DNA from: an uncultured Chloroflexia bacterium
GTDB taxonomy: Bacteria; Chloroflexota; UBA6077; JACCZL01
Reading direction: 5' to 3'
Assembly (NCBI GenBank): GCA_963765765.1
Contig: CAVXYC010000014.1
Location: 1 to 64,000 of the forward strand
DNA length: 64,000 nt
This document shows, in pieces, positions 51,494 to 60,997 of this stretch. The translations under genes and the position numbers were made by a program. The notes under the pieces were generated by a model. The model saw only the letters and a list, made by a program, of their open reading frames with translations, was not told where the DNA came from and did no database searches. Each line of letters starts with the position of its first letter. Position 1 is the first letter of the stretch.

Positions 51494-52789
51494 TTACCGT
51501 CTCGGGACTTGCCCGCGCGCATCCTCCCAGGCTTCACGGGCATTCTCTCGTGCCCGGTCCCAGGTGATCGTGCGATACCCATTGCGCCGCGACCATTCGC
51601 CGTAGCCCGAGTCGAACTCCGTTTGCGCGTCATTCCAATCGCGATCCCGATAGCGCGGGTCGTGAGCCATCTCGTAGCCGAAGCGGTAGCCCGGCTCGGC
51701 ATCCTCCCATCGGCCGCCCGATGAACCGGAGCGGGACTCCCAGCGCTGCCGATACGACGGCATCGCATCGCCCCAGGAATTGGATCCGGCGCTCCGCTGG
51801 CTCAATTGGGTGTCGCCGACGACGCGAGCATCGCCGGTCTGTTTGACTTCCGCAACTTCGCGTTGGACGTCAGCTTCGACGCGCTCGGTATCCTCCACCG
51901 TCTGTTTCGCAAGCTCGACCTCCTCATAGACCACGGCCCGCTTCTCGGCGATGACCTCTTCGCGGCTGAGCTCGATCACGATCTCCTCGTTGCCGGTAAT
52001 CGGGCGATCCGATGGCCGACGATCGACCGGGCGTCGCTCGACCACCGCTTCCTCATGCGTGACCGGCACGTCCGTCGATCGATGCTCGGTGACGACATCC
52101 TTCTCGATTCCGACTTTCCCGGCGTCCGTTCGCTCTTTCCGCGCCGTGAGCTCTTCTTCCCGGAGCTCGAGGCTCTCCGTTTGACTCGCTCCGCGCGTTC
52201 CCGGAATGTTCCGTCGAGCGGGCGGCCCCACTGTAACGTCCGCCGGATTTCTCATGGGCGCCGCGCTTGTAGGGGCGGTGTCGCGCGTGTCCATGTCATA
52301 GGCCCCATGGGCGTGCAAGATTACGCGGGCATCGTCATAGCGCCCATCAGCCTTGACGGTGACAATCGTTCGACCGCCTTTAAATTCCTCGTCGTAGTAG
52401 CGAGCGTCCTCCTCAGGCACCCCCATTCCAGTTAGGGCGCCGATAAGCCCACCGGCCGCGGCGCCCACCGCCGCACCGCCCAGCACACCAGCCAGCATGC
52501 CACCGGCCAACACGGGGCCGATGCCTGGGATCAGACCCGCCGCCAGGGCGCCCAGCACTCCACCGACAACTCCGCCAGTGAGTGCGCCGGTGGCCGCTCC
52601 TCCACCAACGTCGCCGGTGTCCTTCTCGCCGGCCGAACGTATGGCCCCCTCCTTGTGATCTGAGTCGCGGGCCGCGATCCCAATTTGATCGTCACGAAAT
52701 CCATCGCGCTTCAATTCATTGATCGCGTATTCAGCGTCTTTACCGTCATGGAACACGCCCACGACGGTGGTTCGATCATTTGCTGCCAA
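51494..52789 (-). CDS. General-stress (YflT-like/glycine zipper) plus YsnF/AvaK protein with Trp-rich C-terminus
   Basis: [67 protein letters not shown]; TTG start. Confidence 0.88.
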   Translation of the reverse strand: MAANDRTTVVGVFHDGKDAEYAINELKRDGFRDDQIGIAARDSDHKEGAIRSAGEKDTGDVGGGAATGALTGGVVGGVLGALAAGLIPGIGPVLAGGMLAGVLGGAAVGAAAGGLIGALTGMGVPEEDARYYDEEFKGGRTIVTVKADGRYDDARVILHAHGAYDMDTRDTAPTSAAPMRNPADVTVGPPARRNIPGTRGASQTESLELREEELTARKERTDAGKVGIEKDVVTEHRSTDVPVTHEEAVVERRPVDRRPSDRPITGNEEIVIELSREEVIAEKRAVVYEEVELAKQTVEDTERVEADVQREVAEVKQTGDARVVGDTQLSQRSAGSNSWGDAMPSYRQRWESRSGSSGGRWEDAEPGYRFGYEMAHDPRYRDRDWNDAQTEFDSGYGEWSRRNGYRTITWDRARENAREAWEDARGQVPRR

Positions 52790-53198
52790 TGCTCAATTCC
52801 TTCAGTTGTGTTTTGAGAGTTGAAGCTGTGTGCATGATGTTGGTTGGTACGTAATCATCTGAGCGACGTGATTTGCGTCTATTGTTCTCAAACGCTGCTC
52901 CACCTCCGTCTGCCGCTGCCTTTTGTGCGTCCTTTGCGTGTGCCACTGCGCCCGCGGTGCGGCGTGGCGACCTTAAGTGGGATCTGCTAGGCACGCTGGT
53001 GCCAGTTCACCCGCACGGCAATGGCCCCACAACGTTGGGATGAAATGCAGGAAGTTTGCCAACGTGTTCGGCGGCCCGAGCGCGTGAACTGGAGGACGAG
53101 ACGATTACACCGGCAATTTATTTGCGTTGATGGGCCGGAAACCCACATGGGCATCAACATGCCCATATTGCCGCTGAGGCCACTGATTTCGGAAGCGC

Positions 53199-53214
53199 TG
53201 GTGCGAATCGTGCT
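53199..53214 (+). promoter_or_regulatory. Sigma54-like -24/-12 motif
   Basis: TGGTGCGAATCGTGCT, 34 nt before ATG 53248. Confidence 0.4.
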
Positions 53215-53247
53215 TTTGATGCGTTCAGCACGAACTAAAGGGAGGTC

Positions 53248-54159
53248 ATGATGACGCTACCCGGACCGCTTGAGCTGGTAAAAGAGTCGTTCAGCGAATG
53301 GCAGAAGGACAAAGCGTCGCGTCTCGCTGCCGCGCTCGCCTACTACACGGCATTCTCCATTGCCCCGCTCTTACTACTCACCATCACCGTTGCCGGGATG
53401 GTGCTCGGAGAGCAGGCGGCGCAAGGCACAATCTTCGCGCAACTCCAGGGGCTGCTCGGGCCAGAGGCGGCCGGATTCTTTCAGTCCGCGGTCGCGCATT
53501 CCCGTGAGCCGGGAGCGAACACCATCTCCGCCGTGGTCGGATTGGCAACGCTTGTCTGGAGCGCCTCGAATGTCTTCGGTCAGCTTCAGGATGCGCTGAA
53601 TACCATCTGGGAGGTGAAGCCGAAGCCCGCGGGAGTTGTGGGCGCTGTAAAGCGTCGGATCGTGCCCCTCTCGATGCTCCTCGGGTTCGGCTTCATCTTA
53701 TTAGTCTCGCTGCTTCTCAGTGCGGGGTTATCCGCCGTGAGCACGCTGCTCGGTGACGCACTTCCCGGTTCAAACTTGCTCTGGGAGATCATTAACAACA
53801 TCGTCTCATTTATCGTCATCACGCTGTTGTTTGCCGCAATCTTCAAGGTGCTGCCCGACGTGGAGATCAGATGGAACGACGTCTGGATCGGCGCCCTCGT
53901 GACGGCGGCCCTGTTTATCGTGGGGAAGACGCTGATCGGTCTCTACCTCGGGCATGCGAGTGTCGGATCGACGTACGGGGCCGCGGGCTCGCTGCTGGTT
54001 TTCCTGGTCTGGGTGTACTACTCGGCACAGATCCTTTTCTTTGGGGCGGAGTTTACGCAGGTCTACGCGCGACAGCGCGGCTCTCGCATCGTACCGAGCC
54101 CGGACGCGGAGCCCTTAACGGCGGAAGCCCGGAGTGAGCAGGGAATGGTCCGTCGGTAG
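53248..54159 (+). CDS. YihY/virulence factor BrkB-family membrane protein
   Basis: RLAAALAYYTAFSIAPLL, LQDALNTIW, FKVLPD, YGAAGSL..LVWVYYSAQILFFGAEF. Confidence 0.93.
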   Translation: MMTLPGPLELVKESFSEWQKDKASRLAAALAYYTAFSIAPLLLLTITVAGMVLGEQAAQGTIFAQLQGLLGPEAAGFFQSAVAHSREPGANTISAVVGLATLVWSASNVFGQLQDALNTIWEVKPKPAGVVGAVKRRIVPLSMLLGFGFILLVSLLLSAGLSAVSTLLGDALPGSNLLWEIINNIVSFIVITLLFAAIFKVLPDVEIRWNDVWIGALVTAALFIVGKTLIGLYLGHASVGSTYGAAGSLLVFLVWVYYSAQILFFGAEFTQVYARQRGSRIVPSPDAEPLTAEARSEQGMVRR

Positions 54160-54370
54160 CAACCGTCACCGCTGCGGTCCGTCCAGTTTCAGTTCCACCG
54201 GGTTAAGGTACTGGTCAACGATCACGCCCGGAAGGCGTGTTCAACGAGATCGCGCACGTGTTCGGGATTTTGCGGCTGCCACCCGCCTACAGATTGCCCG
54301 GGGTGATGGAGCACGATCGCCCCATGACCGCAGCCTCGGCGGACAGACTGCCTATGCGGACGTGCCAGGC

Positions 54371-54386
54371 AGGAACAGCTTTTGCA
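54371..54386 (+). promoter_or_regulatory. Sigma54-like -24/-12 motif
   Basis: AGGAACAGCTTTTGCA (GG-N10-GC). Confidence 0.35.
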
Positions 54387-54525
54387 ATACGGGGTGCTGC
54401 GACCAATGGCTCCGAAGGCTTGAGCATGCACCTGACGAAACATAGAACGAATTGGCCCGGCGAGGAAAACTGTCAACTAGCTGACAGATTCGTTCCCGCC
54501 TACCGCGCTACACTGCGCTCGGACG

Positions 54526-54578
54526 GTGTCCGCCCGCACCTGAAGCCCGGGACGATGGTGCGGGCGGACACTTTTGTT
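54526..54578 (+). terminator. Terminator-like hairpin with no convincing upstream CDS
   Basis: GTGTCCGCCCGCACC / GGTGCGGGCGGACAC 15-bp arms followed by TTTTGTT. Confidence 0.6.
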
Positions 54579-54681
54579 CATGACGGTGTTTCCCGGTCAT
54601 CATATTTGGTGGCTCCGATCGTTATGAGTGTTCTGCGCACAATTTGCCGAGTGTCCAGCCTCAGCGAGCCGTTTGACTGGC

Positions 54682-54930
54682 ATGAATAGCCGCGCGGGAC
54701 GGGTTCTGCAGCCAGCCGCACTGCCCTGCCCCCGTTGCGCCGGTCGCGGCGTCGAACTGACTCTCCCAGGAGAGTCGGGACCGTTCTACATTTGCGGCAA
54801 CAAGGCCTGCCTCGTGGTCTGGTACGACGAAAGCGGGGTGCGGAGTGAGATCGCGGGCTTCCGATCAGGCGATCCTGCCCCGTCCCTGGGCGACGCAGAA
54901 GCACCGTTCGAGGAATCGCCATCGGTGTAA
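54682..54930 (+). CDS. Small putative Zn-ribbon protein
   Basis: CPRC and CGNKAC pairs, PFYIC...VVWYD. Confidence 0.55.
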   Translation: MNSRAGRVLQPAALPCPRCAGRGVELTLPGESGPFYICGNKACLVVWYDESGVRSEIAGFRSGDPAPSLGDAEAPFEESPSV

Positions 54931-55021
54931 GCCTGGAATATGGGGAAGCCCTTCTCCGATGCGAATCCGCATCATGAAGACGATTATCTGCCCACGTCAC
55001 TGTGGTAGTGTCAGCGACTCG

Positions 55022-55057
55022 GCGTACCGGGTGTCAACTGGTTGACACCCGGTACGC
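55022..55057. repeat. Perfect palindrome (operator or bidirectional terminator)
   Basis: GCGTACCGGGTGTCAAC-TG-GTTGACACCCGGTACGC, 17-bp arms; core shared with 54471-54486. Confidence 0.75.
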
Positions 55058-55300
55058 TCGTGCTCTCGCGTGATGAATGCAGAATTCCAAGGATCTGCAA
55101 TCGGGACGTAGTCGAGTGGAGTGACGGCCGCAGAGCAAACAATGGCCCCCGCTTAGGAGAATTCGGGGGCCGTGTGTGAAGGGGTGGGGCATGAGCGTCC
55201 AGGAGCCGGTTCGTTGCCCCTCGCACGCACCGGGCACCTGGACTGCTATGCATCGCCTACAGGACGCAGACCGCATTCCAGCCTTTCAGTAAGAAGGCGC

Positions 55301-55582
55301 CTAGCGGGTGGTTCTTACTCGCAGGTGTGGATCACGGGTCGCGACAGAAACGGATCCGTCGTCCGGATGCGGGGCCGCGGAGTAGGGGACCATTGTGCCA
55401 AATCCCACCAGCTCCACGACGAACCCGGCTTCCGCGAGGATCCTGGCACACTCGTGGAGTCGCTGGCGTGCCCAACTCTCCGCCGCCAGGCTGCGCACAA
55501 TAGCCGTGCCATCTCCGCCGTCTTTGACGGCCACGTCCGGCCGTCCAGAAAGAATCGAATCCAAGTTGATCGAATGACTCAT
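55301..55582 (-). CDS. Hypothetical protein (93 aa)
   Basis: GAGGAAAGGTG RBS before ATG; natural composition. Confidence 0.55.
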   Translation of the reverse strand: MSHSINLDSILSGRPDVAVKDGGDGTAIVRSLAAESWARQRLHECARILAEAGFVVELVGFGTMVPYSAAPHPDDGSVSVATRDPHLRVRTTR

Positions 55583-55614
55583 CACCTTTCCTCTGCGAAA
55601 GATGTCGCCCGCTT

Positions 55615-55630
55615 TGCAGAGACCATGCCG
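55615..55630 (-). promoter_or_regulatory. Sigma54-like -24/-12 motif
   Basis: Minus strand CGGCATGGTCTCTGCA, 33 nt before ATG 55582. Confidence 0.45.
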
Positions 55631-55910
55631 CGGGAATGCCGCTGAGAGTTCCGTCCTGACGCGCCATGAGCTCGGGTGGTAGCGATTCGGCCAGTTGCGG
55701 GAGACGCGATACTCCTCACCGTCGCGCCGGCTTGCATGACGGCAGGTGGCACTCAATGGTTGCAGGTTTCTGACGGAGTGCCGATGCCCTGAGCAGCACG
55801 CCGTGGACGGATCGTGCACCCCGCGGCCCCGCCTGTGATCCGGACGCCGGCCTCGCCGCGACGCGCCGGGCGCGATGCGCCTGGGCTACACCAACAAGGG
55901 AGAGAGAATC

Positions 55911-56515
55911 ATGCACCGATATCGCAAGCTCATCGTCGGCACCGGGGCCGGCCTGGAGTTGCTCGTGCTCCCACTAGGTCGGCCGGTGCCCAGCAGGCGA
56001 CCGCAGCGTTCGACGGGCAGAGTTTGCCAACGCAGACGCAAGCCACGCAACAGCAGCTCAGCGCGGTGTGGGAGGTCAGGCCTCCCAGCGCTGGGTGACG
56101 GAACACGAGGGCGAGCTCCGGGCGCGGGGCATTGTGCCCGGCTCCAGCGGCGCCCAAACGGGTGGCACGATCCAGGGGAACCAGGCCGGCCAGAACCAGG
56201 GAAACCGGGGGGCACAGGGCGGCAAGAGCAACAATCAAAGCGGCCAGAGCACTCAAGGGACCCAGAGTGGCCAGAACAACTCCGGCAACCAAGGCTCCAG
56301 ACTGGCCAGCGCAATTCTGGCAACCAGGGGAACTCGGGAACTCCGGAAACCAGGGCAACTCCAGTGGGAGTGACTCCAGCGGTCAGGGTGGTGACTCGGG
56401 TCGCTGGTCCACTCCCGTTGACCGAGCCGAAGGTCGTGGTGAGATCGTGGGTGTGGGGCAGGTGGGTTCGTCCCGAAATCCGGCTGCCCCGTGGCCGCAT
56501 GCCAACTCTGGATGA
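55911..56515 (+). CDS. Secreted Gly/Gln/Asn/Ser-rich low-complexity protein, several frameshifts (end uncertain)
   Basis: AAGGGAGAG RBS; signal ending AGA|QQ; WGGQASQRWVTEHEGEL; repeats GNQG/NSG/SGQ. Confidence 0.6.
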
Positions 56516-56630
56516 GCGTGACAGGTCCGTTCGGGCAACCGCGCAGTGGCTAAAAGGTCTTAGATATTGTCAGGCGGCACCCGGCCTCTGGTGGCTCCCA
56601 CAAGTCTAGCCCGTGTCAACCGGTGATCGT

Positions 56631-56876
56631 TCACCGCTCCGTGGTACACACCACAGTCCATGATTGCCTGGCATACCGATCGAGCTCATCTATCCCAAAC
56701 TGCGCTTCGTCAATCAGTTTCTGCAGAGCGCTGGTTCGGAATGCCTCCTCCGAGATGGGGCCAGATATTGCCGTGGGGCCATCGATTCCGGCGGTCCATT
56801 CGACAATGTAATGCTCACCGGATGCATCGTTGCGCTCGACAGTGTACGAGCCCGCAGCCATCTCCCGCTGCTCCAT
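56631..56876 (-). CDS. Hypothetical protein (81 aa)
   Basis: Natural globular composition YTVERNDASGEHYIVEW...; no motif. Confidence 0.5.
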   Translation of the reverse strand: MEQREMAAGSYTVERNDASGEHYIVEWTAGIDGPTAISGPISEEAFRTSALQKLIDEAQFGIDELDRYARQSWTVVCTTER

Positions 56877-56990
56877 TTCTAGTGGTTCCGACCCGCCGTC
56901 GTGACACGGGTCCACGCCGGTTAGCTAGCTGGCGAGGCCTCGAACGTTCACGGCGCGCTCGCCTTCCCCACACCACCCCGATAAAATGAG

Positions 56991-57284
56991 TTAGGCCTCC
57001 GGTGCCCGCCCGCTCCCTTCGCCATCGAACCCGTCCCCGTCGCTCGATGGCGCATCGCCCACCAGTCGCCGCAGCTCCAGTAAGTCCTGCATGCTCGCGT
57101 CCAGCGCCGCGCGCATCTCCGCGCACAACGCCCAGTCCGGGAGGGATGCATCCGCGCCTCCGCGTGATTGCTCCAGGCGGTCACACATCCGGTCGGCGCG
57201 CTGCCGGGCCGCGAAGATTATGCCATCCAGCCGCGCCTGCCGCCCGCGCCGCTTCCGCATAGAGAGATGTGCACTTCGATACAT
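56991..57284 (-). CDS. Hypothetical helical protein
   Basis: Amphipathic helix pattern; start uncertain. Confidence 0.4.
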   Translation of the reverse strand: MYRSAHLSMRKRRGRQARLDGIIFAARQRADRMCDRLEQSRGGADASLPDWALCAEMRAALDASMQDLLELRRLVGDAPSSDGDGFDGEGSGRAPEA

Positions 57285-57434
57285 ATCTCGTGCGACATAT
57301 CTTCAAAACAATGTCGCGCCACTGAGATTCGTGCTGGGCGCCATCTGGACCGGCACACCTTAAACAACGATGTCGAGCAGCTCGGCGGCCTTACGCGTCC
57401 TCGTGCGACGCTGTACGACCTCGGTATTCCATGG

Positions 57435-57812
57435 TCACGCCGCCGTCAGGGCGTCCAGAACAGCCTGAAGCTCGTCGAGGTCGATCGGCTTTGCGAGTGC
57501 GGCGTCAGCCCCGAGCTTCATTACTTCCGTGCGGGGATCCATCCGAGCCGACATGATCACGAGCGGAATACCCTGTATCGCATTCTGACGCTCCGCCTCC
57601 GCAACGAATTCCCATCCGTCCATGACCGGGAGCTTGAGATCGAGCAGGATTACATCAGGCGTCCAACGCTGAAGGAGTGCGAGTGCCTGAATTCCGGTAG
57701 CCGCCCCGCGCACCTGCCAGCCGGCCTCATGAAGGGCTTCACCGACAGCATTCCTGAATTCGAATTCGTCATCCACGAGAAGGACGCTTCGGCGCACTTC
57801 GGGGCCAGTCAT
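57435..57812 (-). CDS. Stand-alone response regulator receiver protein
   Basis: VLLVDDE, ILLDLKLPVMDG, MSA, KPID. Confidence 0.9.
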   Translation of the reverse strand: MTGPEVRRSVLLVDDEFEFRNAVGEALHEAGWQVRGAATGIQALALLQRWTPDVILLDLKLPVMDGWEFVAEAERQNAIQGIPLVIMSARMDPRTEVMKLGADAALAKPIDLDELQAVLDALTAA

Positions 57813-57871
57813 CGTTCCTCGCCCGTTCATTTTGCGTCGGTGGGGGCGCGGGACAGGCACAGGGATCCTCA

Positions 57872-57970
57872 TTAATTGGCTCCACCACGTGCGTAATCCT
57901 CTATCAGGGTAACTGAGTGTTCGATATCGAACAATACCGACCGTATATCGGGCAGCAACCGGGGTGGCAT
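57872..57970 (-). pseudogene. Possible N-terminal fragment of HepT/DUF86 toxin
   Basis: PDIRSVLFDIEHSVTLIEDYARG resembles the DUF86 start, then a stop; no RNase motif. Confidence 0.4.
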
Positions 57971-58111
57971 TGTGAGCCCGTTGAGATGGAGCTCAGGCGA
58001 ATAGCCTGTATTACAAAGGCGTCCGGGGGTCCACTCGGAGAAGTGGCGGTGCTCCGACTCTAAGAACCGTGGGCGTCCTGCTGACCTCACGCAACCGCAC
58101 GGGAGGCTTAT

Positions 58112-58450
58112 ACGCCAGCGGGCCGCGATAGTACGACGATCCTCGCTGAACGTTCCCGTGAAGCGTGGCGAAAAGTCGGACCCTTCCCGTCGAAGCGTCC
58201 AGACACCGTCGCTTAACTCCATCTGGTAGACCCGTGCGACGCCGCGGAGTCGAAGTAGTGCTGCGTGTACCCGCGGCTCGCTTCGGCTGGTCAGATGATC
58301 GCGATACCGCGGGGGAAGGGAGGGTCGGCCTCCCAGCGCTGCACGACGAACGCTCGGCCGGGCAGCCACTCGAAGACGGTGTGTCCGCGGAAAATCACGC
58401 CGCGATTGGAGAACTCGGTGTCCCACTCGCCGATGAGCACTTCCAGGGCT
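58112..58450 (-). pseudogene. Decayed beta-barrel hypothetical gene (DUF1579-like)
   Basis: FEWLPGRAFVVQRW..FPRGIAII*..YTQHYFDS/GVARVYQM..FSPRFTGTFSEDRRTI; in-frame stop, frameshift, truncation. Confidence 0.65.
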
Positions 58451-58770
58451 CGAGCTGGACGAGTTGTTGGATGCGGCCGCCCGCTTGAGTAACTGTCGGA
58501 CTAATAAGCGTAGCGCCCGAACGTCGCACCGCGCGTACTGTCCTATGCAAAATTACCCATATTTGCAGCGTCGTGCGCAATGCCGTAGACGAACCGGCCG
58601 GGTCTCCATACACTTACCATGCGAGTCCGGATCTCGCTCACGGCCCGGTTTGCCGGCCGACGGCGAGGCGAAACCCACGGCCGCTCACGCCAGGCGATTG
58701 ACGCACCATGCCAGCCCGTCGAGAACGCAGCTCCGGCTCCGTGTCGGTGTCTATTTCCCGTCACCGACTA

Positions 58771-59865
58771 ATGCCGCATAGTCAAGAAATACGATCCAAG
58801 AATGAAAGCAAGGCGCCCCCCGCGAACCTGAGTCCGGAGCTCCTTGCCGCCATCTGGGAAACCGCCACGGATGCCATCGCACTGTCCGATCCGGATGGCC
58901 GGGTGCGCCTGGCCAACCCGGCCTATTACGAGCTCTTCGGCCGGTCACCCGAGGAGGTGCTGGGCCACAGCTTCGCGCTGATATTCCCGCCCGAGCAGCG
59001 TGCCTGGGCGGAAGAGACGTACCGGGCGACTTTCCACGACCTGGTCCCGTCCGACCGCGTGGAATCCCGCGTCCGTCGGTCGGATGGCGCGGAGCTCACC
59101 GTCGAGGCGGACTATCACTTCCTCACCGAGAACGGTCGGCGCACCGCCATGATCTCGATGGTGCGCGACATGACTGAGCGGAAGCGCCGTGAGCAATCGC
59201 GGCGGGATGTTCTCGCGATGATCGTGCACGATCTGCGAACGCCCCTCACCGCCATTGCCGGTTATGCGCAGCTCCTGAGGCGACGCGGCGGATCGGATGA
59301 GGGCATGGTCGATACCATCCTGCAAAAGTGCGACCTCATGAAACGTCTCATCGGCGACCTGGCCGACGCCGCACGGCCCGAGGGCCACGTATTGACGTTG
59401 GAGCGGGCCGAGGTGGATCTCGCGGAGCTGGCCCGCAGGGTCGCAGCCGAGATGGAGGATCTGGCGCACGGCCATCCGATTCGTGTCGACACTCCTTCGG
59501 TGTCCTCAGTCGGACGGTGGGATCGGACGCGCCTGGAGCAGATCCTGGAGAACCTTCTCAGCAACGCGCTCAAGTATTCGCCCGATGGCGGAGAAATTGT
59601 CGTCCAGATCGAGCATCGGACCGCCGAGGTGCGGGTCTCGGTGCGCGACCAGGGTCTCGGCATCCCATCCGATCGCCTGGAGTCTATCTTCGATCGATTT
59701 TATAGAGTGGAAGACAATGCCACAGAGGCCATTGACGGCTGGGGGCTTGGCCTGTCGATCACCAAGCGACTGGTCGAGGCCCACGGTGGGCGGATCTGGG
59801 CGGAAAGTGCTGGCGTTGGGCAGGGTAGCAGCGTGTCATTCACGCTACCCCATTGCCCGCCGTAG
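58771..59865 (+). CDS. Cytoplasmic PAS-domain histidine kinase
   Basis: PAS (DAIALSDPDGRVRLANPA...RDMTERK), HDLRTPL, NLLSNALKYS, DQGLG, GLGLSI. Confidence 0.93.
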   Translation: MPHSQEIRSKNESKAPPANLSPELLAAIWETATDAIALSDPDGRVRLANPAYYELFGRSPEEVLGHSFALIFPPEQRAWAEETYRATFHDLVPSDRVESRVRRSDGAELTVEADYHFLTENGRRTAMISMVRDMTERKRREQSRRDVLAMIVHDLRTPLTAIAGYAQLLRRRGGSDEGMVDTILQKCDLMKRLIGDLADAARPEGHVLTLERAEVDLAELARRVAAEMEDLAHGHPIRVDTPSVSSVGRWDRTRLEQILENLLSNALKYSPDGGEIVVQIEHRTAEVRVSVRDQGLGIPSDRLESIFDRFYRVEDNATEAIDGWGLGLSITKRLVEAHGGRIWAESAGVGQGSSVSFTLPHCPP

Positions 59866-60474
59866 CCATCACTCGCTACCGAGTCATGATCGCTGACCGG
59901 GTCAGGCCGACTGATCCGTACGTCGCCTACACGTCGCGGCAGGCCGGCATGACTCCTCGTGAACAAGGTGGTCGGTTGCTATCTCGCCTCACGTCGGCCC
60001 GGCTCGCGGTGCCATTGGTCGGGCGGCAGTCCGGACTTCCAACGCAGGTGAGCTCCATGATGACCACCGCGTCAAGAAGCCTGGATGATCTCGTGCCGTT
60101 ATTGACCCGCACGTCCGCAGACACCGCCGATGCGCTCATCGACTCCTGCCGCATCCGCATCATGGCCGATCCGACTGGGCCGTTCCGTGCTGCGACTGGC
60201 GGCACGTCCGGCACGCAGGCTCGTGGGAGCCGTCTGCATCCGACCACCCAGGTACTCAGCCGCGTGTAGGCAGGACTGTGCAGTGACTGCCTCTAATCAG
60301 CCGGACCTGTTACCGAGAACGCCTCAACAGCCAGCCGCCGCGTTACCGCGACGGACTGGGTTTCCGCGTAGGTCGGACAGGCGTACCGACTTCTGGCAGA
60401 TGAAGTACGCCTCCACAGACACGAATCCAAAAGGATCTACCTCTCGGCCAATGTTCGGGCGAAGCTCGCACGGT

Positions 60475-60927
60475 TCATGACTTTTCCTTTTCCACTGTCA
60501 CCGCCTGCACTGACGTTCTTTTGCGCTCACGTTGCTTCTGGCGCTGCTGCTCCAAGACTTCCTCGCGGACGATTCGCTCCGCGACATCGTACGGCTCACC
60601 GGAGCGAAGAAGCTCCTGAAGTCGCTTATCTCGCCAACTCACTGAAGCATGCTCCGCATTGACCAAATCCCCTGGCTGAGAGGCTCGTGACGCATCGTCG
60701 GTTGACCGAGCCCTTGCCATTATTTTCGGCTGTTCCTCGGTTTTCGATGAGCTCCGCACGCTAGGGACGTAACTGGGGATCACCACCTCAGCGATGACAG
60801 CCGCGACCACCATGACACCAACAATGAACAGCGCCGCCGGAACGCCGTTATGCATAACCGACCCGATACAACTCCCAGCGGTCACCGTGCCGTCGAGACT
60901 CGCGATGGTTGGGTGCCGTGCCTCCAT
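60475..60927 (-). CDS. Hypothetical single-pass membrane protein
   Basis: One hydrophobic segment ALFIVGVMVVAAVIAEVVI, charged tail; start uncertain. Confidence 0.45.
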   Translation of the reverse strand: MEARHPTIASLDGTVTAGSCIGSVMHNGVPAALFIVGVMVVAAVIAEVVIPSYVPSVRSSSKTEEQPKIMARARSTDDASRASQPGDLVNAEHASVSWRDKRLQELLRSGEPYDVAERIVREEVLEQQRQKQRERKRTSVQAVTVEKEKS

Positions 60928-60948
60928 CCATCCATGCTCCGCACACCT

Positions 60949-60964
60949 TGGCTCGAACTATGCA
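60949..60964 (+). promoter_or_regulatory. Sigma54-like -24/-12 motif
   Basis: TGGCTCGAACTATGCA, 34 nt before ATG 60998. Confidence 0.5.
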
Positions 60965-60997
60965 CACACCGATAGACAGCAGAACACTGCTGGAGTA

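Noticed and set aside
59870-60470. Overlapping short ORFs on both strands
   Set aside because: No RBS, motif or consistent frame; possibly decayed DNA
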